A DNA stretch of 64,000 nt. Source: an uncultured bacterium (GTDB lineage: Bacteria > UBP14 > UBA6098 > B30-G16). Positions within the stretch are counted from its first letter, which is position 1. Each line of letters opens with the position of its first letter. The stretch is taken from NCBI GenBank assembly GCA_965552135.1, contig CBEVQY010000004.1:1-64000 (forward strand), given 5' to 3'. This document shows positions 36,815 to 47,745 of the stretch, in pieces. Below the pieces are notes generated by a model, which was not told the origin of the DNA, ran no database searches, and worked only from the letters and a program-made list of their open reading frames with translations. A program made the translations under genes and the position numbers.

Positions 36815-38003
36815 CGCCGACCTCCAACGCCTTGCGTAAGGTTTCGACAAGCCTTCTTGCCGCATCCTCCCACGTGAACCCCTGCGCCCTAAGCCTGCCT
36901 GCGCGCGAGAGCCTGCGCCTGAGGGATTCATTCTCCGCAAGCGCCGCGATTGCATCGGCGATGGCGTCCACGTCGTAGGGGTCGACGAGGAGGGCGGCGT
37001 CGCCGACGACCTCGGGCAACGCCGAGCAGTTCGACGTCAAAACGGGGCAGCCGGATGCCATCGCCTCCAAAGCGGGAAGACCAAAGCCCTCGTAGAGGGT
37101 CGGGAAGAGCAGGAACTGCGCTGCCCTGTACAGCGCCGGCAGGTCACTGTCGTCGACGAAGCCCAAAAAGCGCACGCGACCCTCAAGCCCAAGCTCGGAT
37201 ATCTTCTCGGTCAGCGACACGAAGTCGGGGTGGCTTTTGTTTACGCTTCCCGCGATGACGATCTCCGGCACGTCCGCCTTCCTGCGCGCCTTTGCATACG
37301 CCTCGAGGGCGCGGATAAGGTTTTTGCGCGGGTCTATGCCGCCAACGTAGAGGATGAACCTTTCGGGCAGGGCGAGCTTTTTGCGCAAAGCCTCGGCAGC
37401 CAAGCCATCTGCGGCAAAAAAGCCCCGACCAACGCCCAGCGGAATAACGTCCACGCGGGAGGGGGGATACCCCGTAAACCTCACCCAGTCGTCCTTCACG
37501 GCGCGCGAGCTTGTGATGATGCGCGAAGCACAGGCGGTGTAGCGCAGCTTGCGATGCATAAGAAACCTCTTGAGCCTCCCGTACCTCGCCTCGTCGAAAT
37601 ACTGCCTCGGGAAGACAAAGGGTATGAGGTCATACACCCAAACGACCGTAGGGAACGCCCTGAAGGGCTTTCCGGGGAACCACACTTCGGCAAAGGTTGT
37701 AAGCAGGGCAATGTCGACGCCCCGCCTGTGAAAGATCCCTTCCACCCGCGCGCCGTCGAAAAGCCAGAGATAAAAAAGCGAGCGCTTCCTCCTGAAGAAG
37801 GGGACGGTTATGTGCAGCCTCTCGAAGTTCGGCGGGTAGTCTACTTCGTCGTCCGATGCGGGGAAGCCCTTTGCGTAAAGCAGGACGTATGTGTTTTCCG
37901 AGTCGACTGCAGCAAGCGCCCGCATAAGCTCGCGCCAGTGCGCACCTATCCCCCTGTGAAGGGAGTAGGTCTGAACGCCCCGCATGTCTATACCAACCCT
38001 CAT
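36807..38003 (-). CDS. Glycosyltransferase family 4 (mannosyltransferase-like)
   Basis: MRVGID, RGIG, PRKN, YEGFGLPALEAM. Confidence 0.92.
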   Translation of the reverse strand: MRVGIDMRGVQTYSLHRGIGAHWRELMRALAAVDSENTYVLLYAKGFPASDDEVDYPPNFERLHITVPFFRRKRSLFYLWLFDGARVEGIFHRRGVDIALLTTFAEVWFPGKPFRAFPTVVWVYDLIPFVFPRQYFDEARYGRLKRFLMHRKLRYTACASRIITSSRAVKDDWVRFTGYPPSRVDVIPLGVGRGFFAADGLAAEALRKKLALPERFILYVGGIDPRKNLIRALEAYAKARRKADVPEIVIAGSVNKSHPDFVSLTEKISELGLEGRVRFLGFVDDSDLPALYRAAQFLLFPTLYEGFGLPALEAMASGCPVLTSNCSALPEVVGDAALLVDPYDVDAIADAIAALAENESLRRRLSRAGRLRAQGFTWEDAARRLVETLRKALEVGDG

Positions 38004-38005
38004 CG

Positions 38006-39103
38006 CTAAAGCTCGATCCCAAGCCTTCTTTTCACCACGTCGACGAACTTTGTGTACATCGTCTCGGCGTCGAACTTGGTTGCATGCTCCCTCCCGCGGC
38101 GGGAGAGGATCTCGGCAAGCCTTTCGGACTCCAAAAGGTGTTTTAGCGCGGCTACCCACTTCTCGGGGTTTTCGAATTCATCCACGAGCAGTCCAGCGTC
38201 GCCGACTGCCTCGGGCAGCCCGCCGGTTCGGCTTGCCACAACGGGTATGCCGTTCGCCTGAGCCTCAATAACGGTCCTTCCAAAAGATTCATCCATAAGC
38301 GAGGGCACAACCACGATCTTCGCCACGGCGTAGACCTCGCGCATATCGTCGGTCCAGGGCTGCCAGCGGACGTTTTCAGGCGCATACCTCATAAGCCCGT
38401 CGGGGTCGCGACCGACGGCAAGGAAAGGGTGCTCGGGCATACGCCGCGCAACATCCAGAAAAAGCAGAAAACCCTTGTGGGGCATAAAGCTTCCTGAGAT
38501 GTAGGTGATGTACTCGGGTCTTCGGCTCTGGCAGATAAACTCCGAAAGCTCAACGAAGGGATACACAACCTCCGCCTCAACCCCCAGCCACGCGAGCCTT
38601 GCGGAGACGAACTCGCTGTTCGCAATGACGAGATCAGCCCTGCGCAGCTGCCTTTTTATGACCCTCCCTATAGCGCGCTCGATGGCGTAGTTTAGCATGC
38701 CCTTTGGGCTGCGGCTATCCTTATGGACAAAGAAAGTTAGGTACTCGAGGTCCCTCACGAAGGCTATTGTGGCGGCGCCGGGGATCTCGCACCACGGTAT
38801 GGGCGGCTTTTGGGTGATGACAAGCTCGGGATCATACTCCGAAATCAACCTGCGCAACACCCTCCGGGAAAGCCTGTGGTTCAAAAGAAACTTGAGCTTC
38901 TTCGGCACGCAGAGCCTCTTAAGCCAGGCTGGCATCGTCCAGTTCACCAGCACAAGGTCGGCGCCTCTGTCGACGGGACTTTGGGCGTAATTGAAGATAA
39001 GCACGGAGTGCTTTCGCGAAAGCCTGCGCACAAGGGAGAGCATCGACCTCTCCGCACCACCGCCCACTTCAACAAGCCGCCTGCCTGTGATAAGTATCCT
39101 CAT
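38006..39103 (-). CDS. Glycosyltransferase family 4
   Basis: GGAE, HKG, ESFGRTVIEA. Confidence 0.9.
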   Translation of the reverse strand: MRILITGRRLVEVGGGAERSMLSLVRRLSRKHSVLIFNYAQSPVDRGADLVLVNWTMPAWLKRLCVPKKLKFLLNHRLSRRVLRRLISEYDPELVITQKPPIPWCEIPGAATIAFVRDLEYLTFFVHKDSRSPKGMLNYAIERAIGRVIKRQLRRADLVIANSEFVSARLAWLGVEAEVVYPFVELSEFICQSRRPEYITYISGSFMPHKGFLLFLDVARRMPEHPFLAVGRDPDGLMRYAPENVRWQPWTDDMREVYAVAKIVVVPSLMDESFGRTVIEAQANGIPVVASRTGGLPEAVGDAGLLVDEFENPEKWVAALKHLLESERLAEILSRRGREHATKFDAETMYTKFVDVVKRRLGIEL

Positions 39104-40596
39104 ATCCGCTGCGTTCCCTCCGGGCTGGGTTTCGCCCTCGCCGCGTCCCAAACGGACCTAAGAAGCGAAAGCATTCCGCACCGAAAGGCTTTGTCTGCGA
39201 TGTATGTGGCTGCAGCGTAAGCTGCTGCGCCAGCCGCCGCGCCGAAAACCAACGCCAGCAAAGCGCCCCCAAACACCGACTTCGCGAAAACCACAAACGC
39301 AGTCATTACCAGACCACACATAAGCGGGCAGCCCAGGATGCGCAAAAGCTTTTTGGGTTCGATTCCCGCCTCCTGCGCCGCCCTACCGACGAAGAAGGGG
39401 GTTACCACAAGGATTCCGAAAAGCACCGACAGAGCCGTCCCCAGGATGCCGAGCCGCTTCGTGAGCGGATATATAAAAACCGCCATCGCGATGAACCTCA
39501 AAAGCTGCAGCGCCGTGTCGGTGCGGGGTTTTCCGACGGCGTAGAAGAGCTCTCCCGCCGTTGCGGCAACTGCCCGCGCAAAGCCAGCCAAAGCTAAAAC
39601 CGAAAGCGCAGGCGCGATCTCAACCCACTTCTCGCCCAAAAGCACAAGCACAAGCTCCCGCGACAAGAAGACCAAAACAACGGTAATGGGCACAGCTGCA
39701 AAGGAAACGAGCCTGATCACGCCGGCGTATGCCTCCCCCAAACGCAGCCTGTCGTCCTGGATGCGGGAGTAGAGGGGAAACGAAACCTTGGAGATCACAC
39801 GGGTTATCTCCGTCAGAGCTAAAGTCGATATCCTGTAGGCTACCTGATAGAGCCCCAGGGCGTAGACGCCAAGCATCTTCCCGACGAGGATGTCGTCGCC
39901 CTGCGTGATCAGGAAAACGAGGACGCCGCTTGCGAAGACCCACTTCCCGAACCCAAAAAGCTTTTTTATCTTGCGCGACTCGAGCTTTATCCTCGGTCGC
40001 ACGGGCGAAAGCACAAAACTTGCGACAAGCTTTGCGACGTTCCCAGCTACGTAACCTGCCGCAAGCGCCCACACCGACCTCAGCAAGAAGGCGCACGATA
40101 TCGAAACCAAAAAGTCTGCGGCAACACCGGAAAACTCGTAGACAAACTGCCTTTTGAAGTCCAGGAGCCTTTGGAAGTATACCACGCCGATGTTGTTTGC
40201 GCCCTGGAGGACCAACGCGGCGCCGACGGCGATGACGACGGGCGCAGCTTCGGGCTTGTTGAAGAAGGTGGCGACGTACGGCGCCGCGAAAACCACCGCC
40301 GCAAAAAGCAAAACGCCCCGCGCAAACAAAGCCGTCCACGCCGAATCGAGGAAGCGCTCGATGTCACCCTTCTCCTGAATGAGCTTTTCGGCAAAGCCCG
40401 TTTTGGAGAACACGTCGATGACGGAGAGGAAAAGCAGTGCAACGCCCATAAGCCCGAAATCTTCGGGCAGAAGGAGCCTTGCGAGGATCACCATCCTCAC
40501 AAACGACAGGGCGCGGCTTGCAGCCTGTATGAGGAAAGCCCACACGCCGCTTTTTGCGGCGCGAACCTTCAAGGGGGTTTCGGCAGCCGGCGTCAT
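39100..40596 (-). CDS. Polysaccharide flippase (Wzx/WzxC-like)
   Basis: LARLL.PEDFGL, D..LVGK.LG..LGLY..AY, ~12 TMs. Confidence 0.9.
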   Translation of the reverse strand: MTPAAETPLKVRAAKSGVWAFLIQAASRALSFVRMVILARLLLPEDFGLMGVALLFLSVIDVFSKTGFAEKLIQEKGDIERFLDSAWTALFARGVLLFAAVVFAAPYVATFFNKPEAAPVVIAVGAALVLQGANNIGVVYFQRLLDFKRQFVYEFSGVAADFLVSISCAFLLRSVWALAAGYVAGNVAKLVASFVLSPVRPRIKLESRKIKKLFGFGKWVFASGVLVFLITQGDDILVGKMLGVYALGLYQVAYRISTLALTEITRVISKVSFPLYSRIQDDRLRLGEAYAGVIRLVSFAAVPITVVLVFLSRELVLVLLGEKWVEIAPALSVLALAGFARAVAATAGELFYAVGKPRTDTALQLLRFIAMAVFIYPLTKRLGILGTALSVLFGILVVTPFFVGRAAQEAGIEPKKLLRILGCPLMCGLVMTAFVVFAKSVFGGALLALVFGAAAGAAAYAAATYIADKAFRCGMLSLLRSVWDAARAKPSPEGTQRI

Positions 40597-41546
40597 ACGA
40601 TCTTCCTCTGCAGGATGTCGTGCATGTGGATGAACCCGACAAGCTTTTCGCCATCAACCACGACGAGGGAGGTTATCTTGTTCTGCTCCATGAGACTGAG
40701 CGCCTCCTCCGCGAGGGCGTTTGGTGAGATCGTTTTGGGCTTTGGCGTGGCGAAATCGGTTGCGGGCTTTTCGAGGGGGTTTGGGTCGCGCTGGATGGCG
40801 CGCCTGACATCGCCGTCGGTGATTATCCCGACGATGCGCTCGCCGTCGACTATAAGCGTCGTCCCAAGACGCTTGCGCGTTATCTCCACTATGGCGTCCC
40901 TAAGCGTTGCGCTGGGGGGGACGATGGGGATCTCCTCGCCCGTGTGCATGAGGTCCCGCACCTTCATAAGCCTCTGCCCGATCGCGCCGCCGGGATGGAA
41001 CTCGCGGAACTGCTCCTTGGTGAGACCCTGCATCTTCACAAGCGCTGCAGCCACTGCATCGCCCACGGCGATCGAGGCGACAACGGAGGTCGTCGGTATT
41101 ATGCCCAAAGGCTCGCCCTCTTCGGCAGTTGGGAGCACAACGGTGATGTCGGCTTCGCGCGCCAGGGGCGAGTTTGCATCGGCGGTTATGGCGACCACGG
41201 GCAAACCCCAGCGCTTGAAGAAAGCCAAAAGCGCGCCAAGCTCCTCGGTTCTGCCGCTTTTGGAGACGCACAAAGCCACGTCGTCCGCCGATATGATCCC
41301 AAGCTCGCCGTGGAGCGCCTCGGTTGGGTGGAGGAATATCGCCGGCGCACCTATGGAGGTCAGCGTTCCCGCGATCTTGCGCGCAGCTATGCCCGACTTG
41401 CCTATGCCCGTCACGATTATCCTGCCCCTGCACGCCGCGCAAAGCGACGCAACCTCAATTATCGCGTCGATCTGCGACGTAAGCCCAACCAGAGCCTGCG
41501 CCTCGTGCTCCAAAAGCCTTTTTATCACGTCCCTCAGCATGTTCAC
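40593..41546 (-). CDS. kdsD: Arabinose-5-phosphate isomerase (KpsF/GutQ family)
   Basis: TGIGKSG, EALHG.LG, PTTS, HPGG, two CBS domains. Confidence 0.92.
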   Translation of the reverse strand: MNMLRDVIKRLLEHEAQALVGLTSQIDAIIEVASLCAACRGRIIVTGIGKSGIAARKIAGTLTSIGAPAIFLHPTEALHGELGIISADDVALCVSKSGRTEELGALLAFFKRWGLPVVAITADANSPLAREADITVVLPTAEEGEPLGIIPTTSVVASIAVGDAVAAALVKMQGLTKEQFREFHPGGAIGQRLMKVRDLMHTGEEIPIVPPSATLRDAIVEITRKRLGTTLIVDGERIVGIITDGDVRRAIQRDPNPLEKPATDFATPKPKTISPNALAEEALSLMEQNKITSLVVVDGEKLVGFIHMHDILQRKIV

Positions 41547-41558
41547 ACCCCGCTTTGG

Positions 41559-42503
41559 CTACAGTTCTGCCTCGCCAAACCTCGCCGCACCGCCCCTTAT
41601 ATATCCCCTTGCGAACTCCGACGCCGCCATAACCCTCCTTCCCTCAGGCTGGATGTGGGTTATAAGCACGGCGCCGCGACCGGTCCGAACGACTATCCCC
41701 TCGTCGCTTACGTCCACAACTGCTCCGGGCTCGCCATCCGCGCAGTCGGGGACAAGCTTCGAGCGCAAGAGCCTCACAACCTTGCCGTCGAAGGTTGCGA
41801 TGGCTGCCGGTTTGGGCGAAAGCCCGCGTATCCTGTTGTGCACGCGCTCCGCGTCCCAGCCCCAGCGGATGATCCTGTGCTTCCGCACAATCCGCGGCGC
41901 GCGGTGACGAACGACCCCCTCCTGCGGGCGCGGAACAAGTTCGCCGGAGATGTATCCCAAAACGCTTTCGACAAGGAGCCTAGCGCCGGGTGCAGCTATA
42001 CGCGAAAAAACCTCCCCGGCGGTCTCATCGGGACCGATCTCAAACTCCTCCTGCAGGAGCACGTCGCCAGCGTCGAGCTCCTCGGATATGACGAAGGTGG
42101 TAAGACCGCTTCTCCTGTACCCCAGCATTATAGCCCAGTTGACCGGCGCCGCGCCGCGAAGATCGGGAAGAAGGGAGGGGTGAAGATTTACTATGCCCTT
42201 CGGGAATATGCGCAGGAACTCGGGCGGGAGAATCCTGAACGACACCAAAACCGCCACCTCGAAGCCAAAGCTCGATATGAGCCTGTGTATCTCCGGATCA
42301 CCTACGTCCGAGACCTCCACGATATCCGCCCCGAGGCGCATCGCCTCGACCTTGACGGGAGTGGGAGCGACTCTGTGCCCCCTGCCGGTGGGGAGATCAG
42401 GGTAGGTGACGACTACATCTATCCTCACCCTCTCGTCCTTCGCCATACGCCGCAGCACGTCCGCGGAGAAGTCGTCGGAGCCTATGTAGCAGAGCCGAAC
42501 CAC
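41559..42503 (-). CDS. fmt: Methionyl-tRNA formyltransferase
   Basis: VVT.PD...GRG, NLHPSLLP.LRGAAP, LDAGD, IRGLSP.P. Confidence 0.95.
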   Translation of the reverse strand: MVRLCYIGSDDFSADVLRRMAKDERVRIDVVVTYPDLPTGRGHRVAPTPVKVEAMRLGADIVEVSDVGDPEIHRLISSFGFEVAVLVSFRILPPEFLRIFPKGIVNLHPSLLPDLRGAAPVNWAIMLGYRRSGLTTFVISEELDAGDVLLQEEFEIGPDETAGEVFSRIAAPGARLLVESVLGYISGELVPRPQEGVVRHRAPRIVRKHRIIRWGWDAERVHNRIRGLSPKPAAIATFDGKVVRLLRSKLVPDCADGEPGAVVDVSDEGIVVRTGRGAVLITHIQPEGRRVMAASEFARGYIRGGAARFGEAEL

Positions 42504-42557
42504 AACGAAAAATATACGCCCTTGCCCCAGACGCTACAACCGAAAGGTTCTGCAACG

Positions 42558-42585
42558 TTGACAGCTGAAGACGACGGCTTATATT
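42558..42585 (+). promoter_or_regulatory. sigma70-type promoter of ruvC
   Basis: TTGACA-N16-TATATT before GGAGG RBS. Confidence 0.6.
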
Positions 42586-42601
42586 GCCTTGGAGGCTTTG
42601 T

Positions 42602-43090
42602 ATGCTCACGGTTTTGGGCATAGATCCCGGCACGCGCATTATGGGCTGGTGCGTGATAAGCGGCGATAGCCGCCGCCAAAGCTTTGTCGACGGCGGTACC
42701 GTTCGAGTAGGTGGGGGGCAGCGACACTGCGTCGAGGCTGTGTTCCGGAGCATCAGCGGGCTTATCCGCAGATTTGGACCTGAGATCGTGGCGCTTGAGA
42801 GCCCCTTTTACGGCAAGAACGCCAAAACGCTCATACGACTCGGCGAGGTGAGGGGAGCCGTTATCCTTGCCGCAACGACGGGCGGCGCAACGGTTGTCGA
42901 CGTAAGTCCGTCCGAGGCGAAGCTTGCGCTCACAGGGGTCGGAAACGCCACAAAGGAGCAGGTGGCGTATATGGTCAGAACCCTGCTTTCGCTTGGCAGC
43001 GTGCTGCCCCCGGATGCATCGGATGCCGCAGCCGTCGCAATAGCTGCGCTGCGAAGAACGCAGCGTGAAAAAGGCTGTGAAAACCTGTAG
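42602..43090 (+). CDS. ruvC: Holliday junction resolvase RuvC
   Basis: LGIDPG, ALE, K..LTG.GNATKEQV, DASDA. Confidence 0.95.
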   Translation: MLTVLGIDPGTRIMGWCVISGDSRRQSFVDGGTVRVGGGQRHCVEAVFRSISGLIRRFGPEIVALESPFYGKNAKTLIRLGEVRGAVILAATTGGATVVDVSPSEAKLALTGVGNATKEQVAYMVRTLLSLGSVLPPDASDAAAVAIAALRRTQREKGCENL

Positions 43091-43244
43091 ACGCGATGTT
43101 GATAAGCGTTGACGGAAGCGCAGGCTGTGGAAAAAGCGGAGGTGCTAAACAAAACTTCAACAAAGCCGCCAACACAAAACCAAAGAGAAATCAACGAGAT
43201 AAAACGATATCAACCGAAATCAACCAAGCTATTATCACTACCAG
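43076..43244. other. DnaA-box-like cluster with trio-like run; candidate replication origin
   Basis: TGTTGATAA (43097), TGTGGAAAA (43126), further TCAAC-core 9-mers, then TAT-TAT-CAC-TAC-CAG (43230-43244); A-rich non-coding. Confidence 0.45.
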
Positions 43245-43266
43245 AGATTTACGCATAAAGGGAAAG

Positions 43267-43722
43267 ATGATAGCGTTAGTACAAAGGGTGAGGAGCGGCA
43301 AAGTTGAGGTAGAGGGCAAGGTCGTTGGCTGTGTGGGGAGGGGTTTTGTGGTTCTCGTTGGCGTCTGCAAGGGCGACGAGCCCTCCGACGCGATAAAGCT
43401 TGCCGATAAGATCGCCGGTCTGCGCATCTTCGAGGACGAAGCTGGCAAGATGAACCTTTCGCTCCTCGACGTCGGCGGGGGAGTTTTAGCGATATCCCAA
43501 TTCACCCTCTGCGGCGACGTCACGAGGGGGAGGCGCCCATCCTTCGACAACGCCCTCCATCCCCAGAAAGCTAAGGAGCTTTTCGACGCGTTCGTGGAGC
43601 TCCTCAGGGCGAAGGGCATCCACACGGAAGCGGGCGTCTTCGGCGCCAGGATGCTCGTCACCATCGAAAACGACGGCCCCGTGACGATCTGGATAGACTC
43701 GAAGGCGAAGCGGAGGAAGTAG
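43267..43722 (+). CDS. dtd: D-aminoacyl-tRNA deacylase
   Basis: LVQRV, LRIFED..GKMN, SQFTL, NDGPVT. Confidence 0.96.
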   Translation: MIALVQRVRSGKVEVEGKVVGCVGRGFVVLVGVCKGDEPSDAIKLADKIAGLRIFEDEAGKMNLSLLDVGGGVLAISQFTLCGDVTRGRRPSFDNALHPQKAKELFDAFVELLRAKGIHTEAGVFGARMLVTIENDGPVTIWIDSKAKRRK

Positions 43723-43801
43723 CGCCGCGCCAAATTTCCTTGAGCACCCGCCGGGTCGCCCTTATTTTTGCCGAAAAGGAACCCTTTCGGGGAGGTACAT
43801 C

Positions 43802-45484
43802 ATGGCGAGGGAGATACACGCGCCTAGGGGCAACAAGCTTTCGTGCAAGGGCTGGCACCAGGAAGCGGCGATGAGGATGCTTATGAACAACCTCGATCCC
43901 GAGGTCGCCGAGGACCCCGACAACCTCATAGTCTACGGCGGCACGGGCAAAACCGCACGCAACTGGGAGTGCTATGAAGCAATAATAAAGACGCTTAAGG
44001 AGCTTGAGAACGACGAGACGCTCCTTGTGCAGTCGGGCAAGCCCGTGGGCGTCTTCAAAACACACGAGTGGGCGCCGAGGGTCATAATCGCCAACTCCAA
44101 CCTCGTCCCCCACTGGGCAAACTGGGAGTACTTCAACGAGCTCGACCGCAAAGGTCTCATAATGTACGGCCAGATGACCGCGGGAAGCTGGATATACATC
44201 GGCACGCAGGGGATACTGCAGGGGACGTACGAGACCTTTGCCGCCGCTGGTCGCAGCCGCTTCGGCACAGACGACCTCAGGGGGAAGCTTATCGTCTCCG
44301 GCGGTTGCGGCGGGATGTCCGGCGCACAGCCCCTCGCCGCTACAATGAACAACGCAACCTACCTCGCCGCCGAGGTCAACGCGGAAAGAATCAAAAAGCG
44401 CCTCCAGACGGGATACCTCGACGAGATGGAGGAAAACCTCGATGCAGCCATAGCAAAGGCGCTCGAGTACAAGGAGAAGGGGATAGCAAGGTCTATAGTT
44501 TGGCACGGCAACGTCGTTGATCTGCTGCAGGCGCTCGTGGATCGCGGCATAACGCCCGACCTCCTGACCGACCAGACCTCCGCGCACGATCCCTTAAACG
44601 GCTACGTTCCGCAGGGGCTCAGCTACGCCGAGGCGTTGGAGCTCCGCCAGCGCGACCCGAACGAGTACCTGCGCAGGTCCTACCAGACGATGGCGAAGCA
44701 CGTACGCCTCATGGTGACGCTGCAGGAGCGCGGCGCAGAGACGTTCGACTACGGCAACAACCTCCGCGGAAACGCCCTCGCCGGCGGATTCGTGAAGGAG
44801 GAGGAGATCAAGAACCCCGACGGCAGCTGGAAGTACCCGGGCTTCGTTCCCGCGTACATCCGGCCGCTCTTCTGCGAGGGACAGGGACCCTTCCGCTGGG
44901 CAGCGCTCTCCGGCGACCCGGAGGACATCTACACCATAGACGAGGAGCTTATGAAGCTTTTCCCCGAGAAGAGCCATTTGCGCAGGTGGCTTATGCTTGC
45001 GCGCGAGCGGGTGAAGTTCCAAGGGCTTCCGGCGAGGATCTGCTGGCTCGGCTACGGCGAAAGGGACAAGGCTGGGCTTTTGTTCAACAGGCTTGTGCGG
45101 GAGGGGAAGGTCAAGGCTCCCATCGTCATAGGTCGCGATCACCTTGACGGTGGCTCCGTCGCATCCCCCAACAGGGAGACAGAGGGGATGAAGGACGGCT
45201 CCGATGCCATCGCCGACTGGCCGCTACTCAACTTCGCCCTCAACGCCGTATCGGGGGCGTCGTGGGTGTCGTTCCATCACGGCGGTGGCGTCGGGATCGG
45301 ATACTCCCTCCACGCCGGGCAGGTCATTGTCGCCGACGGAACGGAGATGATGGACAAGCGCCTCAAGCTCGTCCTCACAAACGACCCCGGCACCGCCATT
45401 GCCCGACACGCCGACGCGGGATACGAAAAAGCCATCGAGTTCGCAAAAGCCCACGGGGTAAAGATACCGATGCTGAATAAATAA
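43802..45484 (+). CDS. hutU: Urocanate hydratase
   Basis: [46 protein letters not shown]. Confidence 0.98.
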   Translation: MAREIHAPRGNKLSCKGWHQEAAMRMLMNNLDPEVAEDPDNLIVYGGTGKTARNWECYEAIIKTLKELENDETLLVQSGKPVGVFKTHEWAPRVIIANSNLVPHWANWEYFNELDRKGLIMYGQMTAGSWIYIGTQGILQGTYETFAAAGRSRFGTDDLRGKLIVSGGCGGMSGAQPLAATMNNATYLAAEVNAERIKKRLQTGYLDEMEENLDAAIAKALEYKEKGIARSIVWHGNVVDLLQALVDRGITPDLLTDQTSAHDPLNGYVPQGLSYAEALELRQRDPNEYLRRSYQTMAKHVRLMVTLQERGAETFDYGNNLRGNALAGGFVKEEEIKNPDGSWKYPGFVPAYIRPLFCEGQGPFRWAALSGDPEDIYTIDEELMKLFPEKSHLRRWLMLARERVKFQGLPARICWLGYGERDKAGLLFNRLVREGKVKAPIVIGRDHLDGGSVASPNRETEGMKDGSDAIADWPLLNFALNAVSGASWVSFHHGGGVGIGYSLHAGQVIVADGTEMMDKRLKLVLTNDPGTAIARHADAGYEKAIEFAKAHGVKIPMLNK

Positions 45485-45525
45485 CTAATAACCTACGGAG
45501 TGCCGGTGTCAGGGGAGGTATACAA

Positions 45526-47679
45526 ATGCAATGGGTTTTTCAATCGTTTACGGAAGAGAACATTGATGATGTTGAATTCGGGAACATCACAGAGAGGGAA
45601 GCAGTTTTACAGCTTAAAAACGAATTGGAAAAAGATGACAGGATAGACCAAGATTACAGTTTTATTGTGCCGAAATTTAGGTTAGAAAAGTCTGCCAGGT
45701 ATGATTTAGAAACGGTATTGTTTCTCAGATTGAAAAAGACAAAATGGGACGACTCTGAAATCGAAAATTTGCTGTTTATAATAGAAGTTAAATCTCATTC
45801 AGAAGAAGACATACGTTTCGAGGAAAATAGTGTAAAAGTCAAATACCATTCATGTGGTTTGAAACCTAATTGGAAAAATGCGTATAGACAAGCTCGAGAG
45901 AATATGTTTAGTTTGTTTACACAAATACAAGGAAAGTTAGCTGAAACCCAATTAGGCAGATGTAGGTGGGTTTACTACCTGCTCTTTTTCCCGAACATTT
46001 CTTTTGAACTTCTCCGTACAACTGAGGACTATAGGTACAGAAAAGGCGTTAAAGAAATGATAGATAAATATATTCTTTGCGGTGACACTGTGAATCTGGA
46101 ATATTTAGTGCAAAGAGCAGTCAATCAATGGATATCGGAACGGCGAAAGAAGAAAGCTGGATTTATATATAGACAGCAGGATGGTTCTAAGAAGTTGGCT
46201 TCAATATATTTGAAAGATAAAAACAACTACTTTAAGTTACAAGAATTATTTCGTGATGAATATCTTAAGATGCGTTCATGTGACCGAAGGAAACTTGATA
46301 AGCTTACCCATCGTAAGATCAGCATAAATGAACATGTACAGAAACTGGAGGAAAATCGGTTTCTTGTTTTGAAGGGAGGTTCTGGGACCGGCAAATCTAT
46401 AACATTACTGGAAATGGCGTTTGAGTATGCTAAAGCTGGTGAAAAAGTGTTGTTGACGACATACAATATAGTCTTAGCGAATGATCTACGCAGACTGAAA
46501 CGATTGTACTTTTCTCATGTGGATCCTGATCTTTTCATATCTGCTGACAAGAATATCGAAATAGCAAATATTGATCAATTAATTGCAGAATGGGCTAGAT
46601 ATGCTGCGGATTTTTTAGGAGTTGAGTCAGAGTTTCTGTGGGACGACACGGGGTTTTTGTTAGGAGGTGAACTTGATTACGAACAGAAATATGAGTCTCG
46701 GAAAGAAATAATAAACAGATTATGCCGAGAATTTAGCAATGATATTGAAGAGATTCGAAGCTTATTAGGAGTCTTGTATGATTATATTTTTATAGATGAA
46801 GCTCAAGATTGGGACGATGGTGCTTTCAGAATTCTGAGAAAACTTGCTAAACAAAGTTGCAAATTTGTTCTTGTGGACAGCGAAGATCAACGGTTGCAGC
46901 CTCGAAGGCTGAGTTTTCTGGACTCAGGTGACTTTGAACCACATTATCATAGAACCGACTATAGGCATTTTAAAGGCATAGATTTTTTTGCCCGCAGCAT
47001 TTTGGCCCCAAATTTGTCCTATGTGAGAAAAAATGAATATACTGTTCCAGGTCTTGGTGAGATAGACATTGTCCCAGACAAAAATCTAGGTGCATCTGTG
47101 ATAAAAAAGCTGCTATGGGAGCTTAAGAAAGATAAGGCAGATCCCTCTGATTTATTAATTATAGAACCTGATTGTAAACGAATAAAAGAAGTAGACGGAG
47201 TTGATTTGATAGAGCTCATGGAGAATGAAGACATCTGTGTATGGAACGCTCACAAATACTCAGTTAAGAGGATGATGCGTTATATGAACGATGCTGTGCG
47301 AATTTTAGATTATGAGAGTAGTAGAGGACTTGAAGCTTGGATAGTTGTAATGAGGCTGGCGGACGTGGCATATGATCGTTCTTATGAAATGTTTTCGAAT
47401 AACCTGAGAAACCAAGAGAACTTCGGTTATACGGAAGGGAAGATTGACCGGGAGTCTCGTTCAAGGGCCCGCAGATTGCTTTACATAGCTGCGTCGAGAG
47501 CCGTGAAGAAACTCATAGTCACTTATTCAGACAAGGATCATCCGATTATTAAAGAAATGTTTGAAATAAGGGACCGGATTTTCGCACGTGATAACACTCA
47601 ACCAGGTCAGATGACAGCTAAGAGCGCTCATGTCAGAAGAAGGAGAAAACGCTATGAACCTGACGACCTGCCGTTTTAA
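45526..47679 (+). CDS. NERD-like nuclease + superfamily 1 helicase
   Basis: IIEVKSH..AYRQA; GGSGTGKS, IDEAQD, SRGLEA, LYIAASRA; AT-rich. Confidence 0.8.
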   Translation: MQWVFQSFTEENIDDVEFGNITEREAVLQLKNELEKDDRIDQDYSFIVPKFRLEKSARYDLETVLFLRLKKTKWDDSEIENLLFIIEVKSHSEEDIRFEENSVKVKYHSCGLKPNWKNAYRQARENMFSLFTQIQGKLAETQLGRCRWVYYLLFFPNISFELLRTTEDYRYRKGVKEMIDKYILCGDTVNLEYLVQRAVNQWISERRKKKAGFIYRQQDGSKKLASIYLKDKNNYFKLQELFRDEYLKMRSCDRRKLDKLTHRKISINEHVQKLEENRFLVLKGGSGTGKSITLLEMAFEYAKAGEKVLLTTYNIVLANDLRRLKRLYFSHVDPDLFISADKNIEIANIDQLIAEWARYAADFLGVESEFLWDDTGFLLGGELDYEQKYESRKEIINRLCREFSNDIEEIRSLLGVLYDYIFIDEAQDWDDGAFRILRKLAKQSCKFVLVDSEDQRLQPRRLSFLDSGDFEPHYHRTDYRHFKGIDFFARSILAPNLSYVRKNEYTVPGLGEIDIVPDKNLGASVIKKLLWELKKDKADPSDLLIIEPDCKRIKEVDGVDLIELMENEDICVWNAHKYSVKRMMRYMNDAVRILDYESSRGLEAWIVVMRLADVAYDRSYEMFSNNLRNQENFGYTEGKIDRESRSRARRLLYIAASRAVKKLIVTYSDKDHPIIKEMFEIRDRIFARDNTQPGQMTAKSAHVRRRRKRYEPDDLPF

Positions 47680-47745
47680 TTTAGTCCTTAAATCGAGGTA
47701 TCATTGCGTCCACATCGAGGGCCCAAGCGACGGAGGAGCGGAAGC

